DNA of 64,000 nucleotides, taken from IMG/VR virus record IMGVR_UViG_3300009082_000016, positions 64,001 to 128,000 of that record; one strand, written 5' to 3'. The position numbers were made by a program, and so were the translations under genes. The DNA comes from a virus. The notes beneath the pieces were generated by a model. The model made no database searches, was not told the DNA's origin, and was given only the letters and a program-made list of their open reading frames with translations. Shown in pieces: positions 29,605 to 38,728 of this stretch. Each line of letters opens with the position of its first letter. Positions within the stretch are counted from its first letter, which is position 1.

Positions 29605-30177
29605 CTACTCCCCCTTCACCCCGAAGAACTCGCCCAGCCGGCTGAGCACGTCCTTCAGATCCACGATGACCTCCTGCACCGACTCGTCGATCTCGATCTC
29701 CTGCGCCGGCGGCGTGCCCATGCCCTGCGCCTGCGCCAGCAGGGCGAGCTGCTGGAAGCGGGGCGCCAACGACTGGAAGCGGGGCGCCAACGACAGCTTC
29801 GCCTTCACCCGCTGGGTGGCATCGATCATGTAGCCGCCCTTGAGCCGGCTCACGACCGCCAGCCGCTTGTTGCTGTTGTCGAGATTGCCGATGATGCGGC
29901 TCGACGCGAACGGCTCCCGGGACTCGAACTCGCTCAGCAGGTGCGCCAGCATGTTCAGCATCTCGACGCCGCTGCGGGCGACGAACTTGCAGAACCGTAC
30001 GGTAGGTCCTTCGACCATCGGCACCGTCTCGGCGTCGGGCGTCGTCTGCACCACGCCCATCGGCTGCGGCGCTCCCGGCATCTCGACGTCGATCACCCAG
30101 CCGTTCTCGACCTCGCGCACCAGCAGCGTGGTGCTTGGCCCCATGTCCGATCCGATCCCTCTCATCATGGCTCGCAT
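29605..30177 (-). CDS. Hypothetical protein with internal duplication
   Basis: VREVENGWVID / VSRLKGGYMID; exact 21-nt tandem repeat at 29752-29793. Confidence 0.6.
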   Translation of the reverse strand: MRAMMRGIGSDMGPSTTLLVREVENGWVIDVEMPGAPQPMGVVQTTPDAETVPMVEGPTVRFCKFVARSGVEMLNMLAHLLSEFESREPFASSRIIGNLDNSNKRLAVVSRLKGGYMIDATQRVKAKLSLAPRFQSLAPRFQQLALLAQAQGMGTPPAQEIEIDESVQEVIVDLKDVLSRLGEFFGVKGE

Positions 30178-30193
30178 GTTCCTTCCTCCCTTC

Positions 30194-31102
30194 CTACTTC
30201 CAGAGCTCCGGGACGATGATCTGCTGCATCGCCTTGTTGATCGCCTCGGCCACCTTCTGGTAACGGGACGTGTACGGCTTCTCCGCCTTCTTGGCCTTCC
30301 CCACGCCCCACCGACCGAAGCTCGTGTTGGCGAACAGCTTGGCCAGCCGTCTCAGGTGATCCAGATTCTCCAGCGGAATGAAGAAGCCACGGGCGGCGGT
30401 GTCCAGCAGCTGCTCAGCCTTCCGCGGACTGTTCTGCCACATCCCCCAGAACAAGGCCCTGGCCGCCGCCACCGAGGGGTTCACCATGTTCGTGTCGTCG
30501 TCCCAGCCGTCGGGGTACAGGTAGGTGCCGATGGTGGCTCCGCCCATCATCGGCCGCTTGAAGGTGATCTCCTTCCTGAGCTCCTCGCGGAAGAAGTCGA
30601 TCTGCACCTTCTGGGCGATGGGGTTCTCACCGAGCTTGGAGAAGAGCAGGGCGATGGCCTTCGCCTTCTCCCAGTTCTTGCCGACCTTGGGGCACTGACC
30701 GTTGGGCGGGGTGCAGACGTCGCGCAGGGAGAAGAAGTCGATGACCTTCTTGTTGTCCCCGAGGTAGAGAACCCCATTCGTGGAGTCGACATTCAGGCCG
30801 GTGAGCTCCTGGAGCGGGTGCCCCAGAAGGTCGAAGTAGGAACCCGCGGGCATCGCGTTCATCGTGGCGTAAAGCAGCTTGTGCAGCCGGCCGCTCGTGA
30901 ACGTCCACTGCAGCAGACCGTAGGTCACCGCCGTGCCGTCGTAGGCGACGAAGGTGTCGTAGTCGCCCCCCTCGGGCTTGGCGATGGCTGCCACGATGAT
31001 GTCGAACCCGGTCGGGTTGGCCGGCAGAACGTACGGGACCGTGCCCTTGATGTACGGGCCCGACCAGCTGCCGAACTTCGCCCACTTCACGATGCTGCCC
31101 AT
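30194..31102 (-). CDS. Lysozyme-fold peptidoglycan hydrolase (endolysin or virion lysin candidate)
   Basis: EGGDYDTFVAYDGTAVTYGLLQW motif (catalytic E...D...G-x-x-Q). Confidence 0.65.
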   Translation of the reverse strand: MGSIVKWAKFGSWSGPYIKGTVPYVLPANPTGFDIIVAAIAKPEGGDYDTFVAYDGTAVTYGLLQWTFTSGRLHKLLYATMNAMPAGSYFDLLGHPLQELTGLNVDSTNGVLYLGDNKKVIDFFSLRDVCTPPNGQCPKVGKNWEKAKAIALLFSKLGENPIAQKVQIDFFREELRKEITFKRPMMGGATIGTYLYPDGWDDDTNMVNPSVAAARALFWGMWQNSPRKAEQLLDTAARGFFIPLENLDHLRRLAKLFANTSFGRWGVGKAKKAEKPYTSRYQKVAEAINKAMQQIIVPELWK

Positions 31103-31150
31103 CTCACACCTCCAACACGGGCCCCAGATCCTGGGGCGCTGTGTTCACGC

Positions 31151-31771
31151 TCAGTTCCCCTTGTTCCAGCCGGAGGCGGTCGAGCCGGAGCGCATGCTCC
31201 GCACCGCGCAGGACGAACTGGCGATGCCCTTCGAGAGGCTGACACCGTCATGGGCGAAGCTCAACACCTGCGCGTTCGGATCGATCGCGAGGTTCTGGAG
31301 CGTCATCTGCGCCTCCATGCCGGCGGCGAGGTAGAGGAACTTCCAGGAGTAGACCTGCTCCTGGTTGGCGATCATCCCCTTCAGCTGATCGAGCTGGTAC
31401 TCCCTCGACGCGTTCTCGAAGCCGTCGGTGAGGATGACGAGGATGACCTGCTCCGGCCGCTCGGGCTCGGGCATAGCGGCGAGCTTCACGCCCAGCTCGG
31501 TGATCGTCTTGCCGACGGCGTCGTACAGCGCCGTGGTCCCCCGCGGGAGGTACGTCTTGTCGTCGAGGGGCTTCACGTCCTTGACCGGGACGTCGCGGAA
31601 GATGACCTGGTACTCGTGGTCGAACTGGACGAGCGTCATCGCCGCCTCGCCCGGCGCCTTCTTCTGGTCGTCGACGAACGCGTTGAAGCCCCCGATGGCC
31701 TCCTTGACCATGGCCTCCATCGAGCCGGAGCGATCGAGCACGAACACGATGTGGCACGAGTTCTTCTTCAC
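31151..31771 (-). CDS. von Willebrand factor A domain protein
   Basis: VFVLDRSGSM MIDAS, RGTTALYDA, ILTDGFENAS. Confidence 0.92.
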   Translation of the reverse strand: MKKNSCHIVFVLDRSGSMEAMVKEAIGGFNAFVDDQKKAPGEAAMTLVQFDHEYQVIFRDVPVKDVKPLDDKTYLPRGTTALYDAVGKTITELGVKLAAMPEPERPEQVILVILTDGFENASREYQLDQLKGMIANQEQVYSWKFLYLAAGMEAQMTLQNLAIDPNAQVLSFAHDGVSLSKGIASSSCAVRSMRSGSTASGWNKGN

Positions 31772-31776
31772 GACTA

Positions 31777-32070
31777 CTAACCCTCCTTCTTCTCCTCAGG
31801 ATAGAGATTCAACTTCTCGATCGCCTTCACGCTGCCGCAGTACTGGCCGTTGAAATAGCACCTGTCACCGACGACCTCGAACTTGCACTCCGGGATGCAC
31901 GTCGGACCCTCGGCGTCCAGCATGTCCCGTTCCTCCTGCGTGAGCTTCCACCAGAGCTCAGCGCCCTCGGCGATGATGGGGTCCTCGAGACGGGAGCCGA
32001 ACTCGTTGTGCCGGCGCACCTCTCGGAGCGCCTCCTCCAGCTCACGGTACCGGGTCAGTTCCGGGCTCAC
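31777..32070 (-). CDS. Hypothetical protein
   Basis: GTG overlapping the upstream stop. Confidence 0.5.
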   Translation of the reverse strand: MSPELTRYRELEEALREVRRHNEFGSRLEDPIIAEGAELWWKLTQEERDMLDAEGPTCIPECKFEVVGDRCYFNGQYCGSVKAIEKLNLYPEEKKEG

Positions 32071-32678
32071 TCGGGCTTGTTCTCCTCCGGCGGACCATCC
32101 TGACGATCCACCCACTCCTGCTCGGGATCGGGCTCCGGCTCGTCGTTCTCCTCCTCCGGGTTCTGCTGCCGGTTCAACCCGCAGGACGCCTCCCTGACGA
32201 CCTTCTTGAGCTCCTGCCCGACGGCCATGAACTTCTCCACCAGCTTGAGCTTCTCGCTCGCGTGGATGACCCGCTCCTGGATGGTGGACAGCGGGCAGCC
32301 GAAGTCCAGCATCGTGAGGACCACCTGGTCGAGCTGGTTGTTCAGCATCTTCTGCACGAAGACGCAAGGCTGACGCGGGAGCCAGGTGAAGCCGCCGGCG
32401 TCGCGCTCCTTGTGCGACTGGATGATGTCGAGCTCCTCCAGAATCTCCACCGGCGGGAGCTCGGCCGCCTTCATCTCGTCCAGGCACAGGGAGTCCGGAT
32501 GCACGAGCCACGCCTCGGGGCGATTCCTGCGGTAGGTGTCGACCGCCGACTCCCAGGTCTGGTCCTTGTCCTTCATCTGCCAGAGCATCGTATCCCTGTT
32601 GTCGCTCCAGATCCGGGCCCAGATCGTTCCCTTGTTGTCTTCCACGAACGACAGCTTCGACAACTCGTCGTACTTCAT
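32067..32678 (-). CDS. Hypothetical protein
   Basis: 203 aa, AAAGGA SD. Confidence 0.6.
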   Translation of the reverse strand: MKYDELSKLSFVEDNKGTIWARIWSDNRDTMLWQMKDKDQTWESAVDTYRRNRPEAWLVHPDSLCLDEMKAAELPPVEILEELDIIQSHKERDAGGFTWLPRQPCVFVQKMLNNQLDQVVLTMLDFGCPLSTIQERVIHASEKLKLVEKFMAVGQELKKVVREASCGLNRQQNPEEENDEPEPDPEQEWVDRQDGPPEENKPE

Positions 32679-32691
32679 GTTGATGTCCTTT

Positions 32692-33417
32692 CTACGCCCG
32701 CAGCAGGCTGCGGAAGTAGTGCTCGAGCGCCGTACCCTTCGCCAGGTCGCGGGCCAGATCGTCCGCGAAGATGTACGCCGCCTCCTTGTTGTTCACCATC
32801 ACAGCCTTCCAGAACCGGTCCTCGGCGCCCTGTTCGCCCTGCAGGACGGACTCGACCCGCGGGGCCATGTTCAGGCGCAGCACGCGATAGAGCACGTCGG
32901 CCGCCTCGGGGGCGGTGATCGTGTCCGCGAACGTCTTGTCGTCCGCCACCCGACGCATCATCACCCTGCGAAGCTGGTTGTACCGCCAACCCAGGTGGGC
33001 ACCGATCGAATCGTACGTCCCGGGGTAGGTGTGGTTGTCGACCATGAGCCGGCGCGGAAACTGCCGGTTGCAGTTCACGCAGACCACCCACTGCTCGGGG
33101 CGACGTCGAGGGCCCGTCGACGGAATCTTCGTGAAGGACCGGGTGGGGGGCAGGAAGACCTCGTTGCAGTACGGGCAGGTCTTCATCAGCTCGTCGATAT
33201 TCTTGCGGACGATGCCCGTCTGATCGGGCAGGGACGCCGAGCCGGTGAGCCAGAGGAAGGACCGGACGAACACGTTGATCTGGTTGTCCGGTTTCTCGTA
33301 GCGCCAGATCTCCAGCATGAACGGGGCCCGCTCCTTCTTGAACTTGGCGAGCGGGCGCTGGACGATCTTGCTACCTTCGTAGGTCTGGACCCACTCCTGG
33401 CTCGGCGTATCAGTCAC
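32692..33417 (-). CDS. Hypothetical Zn-finger-containing protein
   Basis: CPYC...CVNC. Confidence 0.6.
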   Translation of the reverse strand: MTDTPSQEWVQTYEGSKIVQRPLAKFKKERAPFMLEIWRYEKPDNQINVFVRSFLWLTGSASLPDQTGIVRKNIDELMKTCPYCNEVFLPPTRSFTKIPSTGPRRRPEQWVVCVNCNRQFPRRLMVDNHTYPGTYDSIGAHLGWRYNQLRRVMMRRVADDKTFADTITAPEAADVLYRVLRLNMAPRVESVLQGEQGAEDRFWKAVMVNNKEAAYIFADDLARDLAKGTALEHYFRSLLRA

Positions 33418-34271
33418 TTCCGCTTCTCCGGGTTCTCCAGCATCTCGCGGGTGATCTCACCCGTCTTCGACATGTCGATGCCGGGCACGTAGCAGGCGCC
33501 CTCGGGGTTGAACAGCACGACCTTGGTCACGCGCCCGTACGGGTCGAGCGGCACACGCCACTTCCCGTCGTCCCCCTGCGTCATGCCGTGCCGCTGGCGA
33601 TACATCTCCCGCGCCTTCTCGGTCGCCAGCCGGTTGGCCTCCTCGAGGTCGGAAGCCGAACGCTGCAGCAGGTCGACCTCCTTGTGGATGTCCCGCCTCG
33701 GCGCTTCGGGCCGCGGCGGCATCTTTGCCTCGGGCTTCCAGGCCACCCGCCAGACGTGCTTCACCTTCCCGTCGGTGTCGTCGACGAAGTAGACCTTCGC
33801 CACGTCGAGCGCCCGGCCCGACGCCAGCAGGCCTTCGACCACGTCCTTCCACGGGAGGGTGCCCTTGGGCAACCCGTAGACGATCTGCTCGCCCGAGTCG
33901 ACCGCCTCGACCATGAACACGTTCATCACGTCGTCGAAGCCGGGGCAGGGGACGACCTCATGCCCGTCGAGCGCCTTGGGATCTTCCTCCGGCGGGCCGG
34001 GGCGCTGGTAGCCCTTGAGCGCCTCCAGCAGGTGCGACGGGTGGAACACGGACAGCCGCCAGGTGAAGGTCGGCCGACCGTTGCGCCCCATCGTGATCTG
34101 CTTGGCGATCTCGAGGCCGCCCATCGCGCCGCGGCGGATGAACTTCACCCAGTCCGTCTTCGGCTTGGGGAATCCCAGGATCACGGCCATCTGGTTGTCG
34201 GCCGTGTGGCCTGTGATCCGCATCAGCAGCCCGAGGGACTGCAGCTGCTGGGGCGTGATCTGCGCCTTCAT
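33414..34271 (-). CDS. Hypothetical protein
   Basis: MKAQITP start with GGAGG SD. Confidence 0.6.
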   Translation of the reverse strand: MKAQITPQQLQSLGLLMRITGHTADNQMAVILGFPKPKTDWVKFIRRGAMGGLEIAKQITMGRNGRPTFTWRLSVFHPSHLLEALKGYQRPGPPEEDPKALDGHEVVPCPGFDDVMNVFMVEAVDSGEQIVYGLPKGTLPWKDVVEGLLASGRALDVAKVYFVDDTDGKVKHVWRVAWKPEAKMPPRPEAPRRDIHKEVDLLQRSASDLEEANRLATEKAREMYRQRHGMTQGDDGKWRVPLDPYGRVTKVVLFNPEGACYVPGIDMSKTGEITREMLENPEKRK

Positions 34272-34489
34272 CAGTTCCTCCAGGTGTCGTTCGGAATCAG
34301 CGGAAACTCTCCGTAGGACCCAGGATAGTGGGCCCCGTTCGGGTTCTCCGTGAGCAGAGCGAGCACCATCTTCCGCCGGTAGGGAGGCCAGACCCGCATG
34401 AGCATCCGGCGCCACCACGGAAGCTGTTTGACCATGTCGCCCAACAGGCACTGCACCAGGTTCTCGTAGCCCTTGGGGATGCCCAACAT
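34271..34489 (-). CDS. Hypothetical protein
   Basis: 72 aa; 1-bp overlaps with both neighbours. Confidence 0.5.
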   Translation of the reverse strand: MLGIPKGYENLVQCLLGDMVKQLPWWRRMLMRVWPPYRRKMVLALLTENPNGAHYPGSYGEFPLIPNDTWRN

Positions 34490-35010
34490 CAGTCGCTCCC
34501 TTCCAGCCGGATGGCGGCAGTGACTTCGCCGATGCTACCCCCGCGCCGCGGGCCGGCGCAGAGGAAGAGGGTGCCCTCCTCCAACTCCGCGTCCGCCACC
34601 ACCTCCCAGCCGAACGTCGTGCGCCCGTCCACGAGCCCACCCTCTCCCGGCCTGGGCAGCATGAGCAGCTCACACAGCTCGGCCTTCGAGTGGCAGAGGA
34701 AGTGGGTCGGGAACAGGCCGCTGCGATCGTAGAACGCCATCGCCACCATCAGCGCGTCGCGCCGGTTGGGGGCGGCGATGTGGCCCATGCCGAACCCCTG
34801 CCCGCCTGTGCGGATGCGCTCGAGCAGGTTGTCGCTGGGCAACGAGGGCATCGGCTCGAGCGGCGTGTCGTTCTCGATGCCGGTGCGGTGGACCTTCACC
34901 CTGCCGGGCTCGATCGAGATCCCGAACACCCCCTTCAGCTCCATCGCCCAGCGCACGATCACAAGGGCGTCGTCGATGCCGCGGTAGGGAACGTGGTCGC
35001 TGGTCGCCAC
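34489..35010 (-). CDS. Hypothetical protein
   Basis: 173 aa, GGGGAG SD. Confidence 0.55.
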   Translation of the reverse strand: MATSDHVPYRGIDDALVIVRWAMELKGVFGISIEPGRVKVHRTGIENDTPLEPMPSLPSDNLLERIRTGGQGFGMGHIAAPNRRDALMVAMAFYDRSGLFPTHFLCHSKAELCELLMLPRPGEGGLVDGRTTFGWEVVADAELEEGTLFLCAGPRRGGSIGEVTAAIRLEGSD

Positions 35011-35020
35011 GGCTCCCCCC

Positions 35021-35305
35021 CTAGCGCGGGCGAACCGGGATGGGCTTCCCCACGAACCTGCCCGGCTTCAGGCTGAACACCATCGGCTTGCGCCCCATAC
35101 CCGGCCGCGGGTAGACGTAGGTGAACAGCTTGCGCTGCTTCACCATCTTCTTCACGTGCCGGCGGATCTTCTCCCGGCCGTACGGGGTGTTCATGCCCAG
35201 GTCCTCGGCGAGACCGATCGTCGTTCGCGTCCGACCGGCGCCCAGGGCCTTGACGATCATCTCGTCGTTCACGATGCGGGGAGTCCGCACCTGCTTCTTC
35301 TTCAC
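35021..35305 (-). CDS. Basic winged-helix-like DNA-binding protein
   Basis: TTIGLAEDLG...IRRHVKKMVKQRKL...GRKPMVF pattern. Confidence 0.5.
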   Translation of the reverse strand: MKKKQVRTPRIVNDEMIVKALGAGRTRTTIGLAEDLGMNTPYGREKIRRHVKKMVKQRKLFTYVYPRPGMGRKPMVFSLKPGRFVGKPIPVRPR

Positions 35306-35697
35306 GCGGCACTCTCCTCGCCGACCATCGGCGCGTCATGGAAAATCTGCACCTTGGGGATCTCCTCGTCGACGAACAGGATGTCGTTCTCCTGCAAGAA
35401 CAGGTAGCCCTCGCCGACTTCCGCCTGCATGGCCTTCTGGGTGGCGGTGACCTCGTGGATGCGGACCACCTGGACCACGTCGCCCTCGGAGACGTCGTGC
35501 GGGATGACACGGTTCTTCCGGGTCATCCCGTAGCCCGTCGACACGATGACGGCGTAGTCCTCCGCCTGGATGTAGGTCTTCTGCGGCAGGTAGAGGGATC
35601 CCACCTTGTCGATGCGCGGGACCAGCTTCACCAGGATCCACTTCCCCAGCGCCCTCACGGGCGGGGCGTGGATGACGCTCGGGATGCGGCTGTCCAT
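35302..35697 (-). CDS. groES: Co-chaperonin GroES family protein
   Basis: VRALGKWILVK...GSLYLP...AVIVSTGYG...VSEGDVV...YLFLQENDIL. Confidence 0.85.
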   Translation of the reverse strand: MDSRIPSVIHAPPVRALGKWILVKLVPRIDKVGSLYLPQKTYIQAEDYAVIVSTGYGMTRKNRVIPHDVSEGDVVQVVRIHEVTATQKAMQAEVGEGYLFLQENDILFVDEEIPKVQIFHDAPMVGEESAA

Positions 35698-36021
35698 CTA
35701 CCGACCCTTCAACTTCGCCGGGATGCCGGGGTTGGGCCGGGGCGCGTCCGAGGGCGACTCGGTGCCGGGCACCGGAACCTGCCCGGGCTCCAGCAGGTCG
35801 GGCGCCACGCGCCGGATGAACTCCGTCTCCAGCTCCTTCGGCAACGTGCCGAACGCGGAGCCGCCGCTCTGCGCCTTCTCGACCCGGCTCTTGGAGATGA
35901 CGATCACCCGCCTGAGCGCCGGCACGAGCCCCAGCGTCGCGATCTGATCGCCCTCCTGGTCGTCCGAGACCGTGGCGTAGAACACTTTCACGTCGAACAG
36001 CTTCCCGAGCTTCATGGCCAT
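35698..36021 (-). CDS. Hypothetical protein
   Basis: AAAGGAGG SD; downstream of a class B promoter. Confidence 0.6.
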   Translation of the reverse strand: MAMKLGKLFDVKVFYATVSDDQEGDQIATLGLVPALRRVIVISKSRVEKAQSGGSAFGTLPKELETEFIRRVAPDLLEPGQVPVPGTESPSDAPRPNPGIPAKLKGR

Positions 36022-36041
36022 CGTGGGCCTCCTTTCGATCG

Positions 36042-36071
36042 CCCTCTATCGGGGTCGCATCGAAATGTCAC
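36042..36071 (-). promoter_or_regulatory. Putative promoter, class B (GTGACA-N15-GATAGAGGG)
   Basis: Recurrent motif with fixed spacing. Confidence 0.55.
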
Positions 36072-36472
36072 TCGTCGTCGTCGGCGCTCGGCCCGAACCC
36101 GTCCTCGTCCACGTCCGTCTCGTCGGGCTCCGGGTCGGCGGGCGCCCCGCCCCGACTGCCAGCCGCCGCCATGGCCCGATCGACGTAGGTCGCCTCGGGC
36201 GGGGAGGCGGGCTCGGGATCGGCGACCGACCCGTCCGGCTCGGGGGCCAGCCCGTCCAGGACGCGGTCGAAACCGGGCGGGACGCCCTGCCCGTCCAGCC
36301 TGGCCGGCTGCTGAAGGACACCGCCGACCGCCGCCCAGACGGCGTCGAACGACTCCTTGGTGAGCTGGGCCTCGATGATGCCCCCGCTGTCCAGCTTCAG
36401 GAAGGCCACGTGGACCACGTTGCCCGTCGCCACGTCCCGGTGAACACCCAGTTCGACGACCTCGAGTCGCAT
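36068..36472 (-). CDS. Hypothetical protein with acidic tail
   Basis: MRLEVVELG start, GGAGG SD. Confidence 0.55.
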   Translation of the reverse strand: MRLEVVELGVHRDVATGNVVHVAFLKLDSGGIIEAQLTKESFDAVWAAVGGVLQQPARLDGQGVPPGFDRVLDGLAPEPDGSVADPEPASPPEATYVDRAMAAAGSRGGAPADPEPDETDVDEDGFGPSADDDE

Positions 36473-36474
36473 CC

Positions 36475-36801
36475 CTACCTCCCCGGCCTCGGACGGGCCG
36501 AATCCTCGAACCGCTTCTCCAGCACGATCCGGATCTGCTTCAGTTCGGAGGCGATGACCTGCGCGGCCTGCTCCAGGGGCGTGGCCTCCGGCGTCTCCGG
36601 CTTCGGCAACTCCGGCGTGGCCGTCTCCGTCTCCACGAGCCCGAACGCCTCCTCCAGCTTGGCCATGCACTCCCCGAACGTCTTCAGCGTCTTGCGGACG
36701 TTGTCCCGGGTGTCCGTGCTGAACAAGACCCGCACCTGGGCGTACGAACGTCGCAACTCCTCGAGGGCTTCCTCAGCCTTCGTCGGGTCCTTCACCACCA
36801 T
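36475..36801 (-). CDS. Hypothetical protein
   Basis: MVVKDPT start, GAGGAGG SD. Confidence 0.55.
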   Translation of the reverse strand: MVVKDPTKAEEALEELRRSYAQVRVLFSTDTRDNVRKTLKTFGECMAKLEEAFGLVETETATPELPKPETPEATPLEQAAQVIASELKQIRIVLEKRFEDSARPRPGR

Positions 36802-37330
36802 CAGCGTCCTCCTCATCCGCCACCGAGCAGCGGGCCACGACGCAGTCGCCAAGTTCCTTCATGACCACGGCGACGCTCTCCACCAGCTCGGGGCTTCCCG
36901 GCTCGACGACCTTGAGCTGGATCAGGCGTTCGGCAAGGCCGACGCCCACGCGCTCGATGAGGTCGTCAAGTTCAATCATCTCGGGGGCGACAGGCTCCTC
37001 ATCTCCCCCCAGGCAGTACTGCAGAACACCAGAGGCCATGCGGCCGACCACGCGGGCGGTCACCATCCGCATCTGCTCTTCCTCGTCCGGGTCCACGATG
37101 CCCCAGCGAGCGAGGAAAAAACCAAGCTCATCCCCCATTTTCACGCTGAAGAACTGCAGGAGGTCCTGGGTGAGCTTGGACACCCTGTCCTCCAGCGTCA
37201 GGCCTTCGGACGCCACTCCCAGCAGCTGGTCCCGGTAGCCCTGCCAGGTGCAGACCTGGCACCGGCAGACCTCCATCCCAACCAGGATGGCACTGGAGAA
37301 GCAGCGGGGGCAGACGTTCGGGATGCTCAG
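36773..37330 (-). CDS. Hypothetical protein with N-terminal Zn ribbon (start uncertain)
   Basis: CPRC...CQVC followed by a helical domain. Confidence 0.45.
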   Translation of the reverse strand: MSIPNVCPRCFSSAILVGMEVCRCQVCTWQGYRDQLLGVASEGLTLEDRVSKLTQDLLQFFSVKMGDELGFFLARWGIVDPDEEEQMRMVTARVVGRMASGVLQYCLGGDEEPVAPEMIELDDLIERVGVGLAERLIQLKVVEPGSPELVESVAVVMKELGDCVVARCSVADEEDADGGEGPDEG

Positions 37331-37704
37331 GTCGTCCGCTTGGCCAAGGCCTCCGCGTACTGCCGGCTCTGGAAGAGCGACGACCGCACAGGGGCGACCT
37401 TCACCGGCCCCATCTTGTACAGGAGCTCCAGGCGTTCCCGGGTCTTCTCGTCCTTCCGCTTCCGGTCCGACCCCAGCGACGGGTTCCGGGCTTCCATCCA
37501 CTCCTGGAACGTGTTCGCCGCCTGCCGTCCCGTCGAGTCGTAGTGCGACTCCACCCCCACCAACACCTGCAGGAGCTTCGCCTCGTTCCGGGCCTCCTGC
37601 ACCGCGAGAAGAATCCGCCATGCCGCACCATCCCTCAGCGGAGGCAGTCGGGGGGTCCTGTCGAAGAAGAGGTTGGCCAGGACCCACCCGGCCCGCGTCC
37701 GCAT
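37327..37704 (-). CDS. Hypothetical protein, possibly the +1 frameshift extension of the upstream gene
   Basis: No clear SD; lies in the +1 frame of CCC TTT TGA at 37712-37720. Confidence 0.55.
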   Translation of the reverse strand: MRTRAGWVLANLFFDRTPRLPPLRDGAAWRILLAVQEARNEAKLLQVLVGVESHYDSTGRQAANTFQEWMEARNPSLGSDRKRKDEKTRERLELLYKMGPVKVAPVRSSLFQSRQYAEALAKRTT

Positions 37705-37711
37705 CCACCGA

Positions 37712-38479
37712 TCAAAAGGGCGCGTCGGCCCCGTACGTCGCCCTCCGGATACGACCCTGGAACCAGAGGACGTTGATGTAGATGTCCCAGAGCATGACCC
37801 AGCTCATCTTCGCCATCTTGACGCACTCGGCGAAGATCTTCTTCCGGGCCTCGTAGTCGCAGTCGCCCGCCGGCAGCTCGGGGAACACCTTGTCCCCGAT
37901 CCGCACGACGCTCGCCGCCACGGTCAGCAGCGCCAGCGTCAGGTCGGAGTTGTTGGTGCCGGAGTACTTGCCCGCCTGGTACTCGCGGATGATCAGCTCG
38001 TCGTCGACGTGCGTCGACCGGAACTCGACCACCGGGCGCCCCTTCTCCTGCGGGCCCCAGATGTAGACCTTCTGCCGCCACTCCCCGCGCAGGATGTAGT
38101 CGGTGAAGTCGAGCTCGACCGGGTCGCAGCGGGCCTCGATCTTCTTCCGCCGGTCTTCCGAATCGAGGTAGGACATCCGCCGGGCGAACTCCACGTCCTT
38201 GATGCCGTAGGGGTTCTCCCGGATCGAGTCCTGCAAGCTGGCAAACGCATCCTTCTTCGACGGAAGGATGTCGTCCTTCTCCTCGGGCGACGTTTCGGGC
38301 GGGACGGGCGGGGGCGCTTCGGTGGACTGCGCCGCCTGCGCCGCCATCGCCTCGATGGCCTGCGCCTTCTCGGGCGAGATCACTCGCCCGCCAACAGGTC
38401 CCACCTTCTCCATCCCCATGGGGGGCATGCCGGGCTGCCTTCGGGTCGGGTCGCTCATGTCGGATTCTCCTTCCGACAT
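37712..38479 (-). CDS. Putative tail/baseplate assembly chaperone-like protein
   Basis: 255 aa; VVEFRS...LALLTVAASVVRIGD pattern; shifty stop; class B promoter upstream. Confidence 0.4.
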   Translation of the reverse strand: MSEGESDMSDPTRRQPGMPPMGMEKVGPVGGRVISPEKAQAIEAMAAQAAQSTEAPPPVPPETSPEEKDDILPSKKDAFASLQDSIRENPYGIKDVEFARRMSYLDSEDRRKKIEARCDPVELDFTDYILRGEWRQKVYIWGPQEKGRPVVEFRSTHVDDELIIREYQAGKYSGTNNSDLTLALLTVAASVVRIGDKVFPELPAGDCDYEARKKIFAECVKMAKMSWVMLWDIYINVLWFQGRIRRATYGADAPF

Positions 38480-38480
38480 G

Positions 38481-38510
38481 CCCCCTATCCGGGATGGTCC
38501 GAAACGTCAA
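38481..38510 (-). promoter_or_regulatory. Putative promoter, class B (TTGACG-N15-GATAGGGGG)
   Basis: Recurrent motif with fixed spacing. Confidence 0.55.
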
Positions 38511-38719
38511 CTGACCTTCGTACGCAGGACCCCCGCGAGCAGGCTGAACAGGAGCAACGTGCCCCACACCTGCCAGAACGTGAGCGCCGGACCGCCCAGC
38601 ACGCTGACCCCGATCCAGTTCCAGAGCAGCCACACAGGCAGTACCAGAACGAGGCTGAGACCAAACGTAAGCGCGACCAGTCCCAGCACGATACCGAGAA
38701 CCGCGCGGATGAGTATCAC
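38507..38719 (-). CDS. Small membrane protein
   Basis: Two hydrophobic segments; LTFWQVWG motif. Confidence 0.65.
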   Translation of the reverse strand: MILIRAVLGIVLGLVALTFGLSLVLVLPVWLLWNWIGVSVLGGPALTFWQVWGTLLLFSLLAGVLRTKVS

Positions 38720-38728
38720 GTTTTCCTC

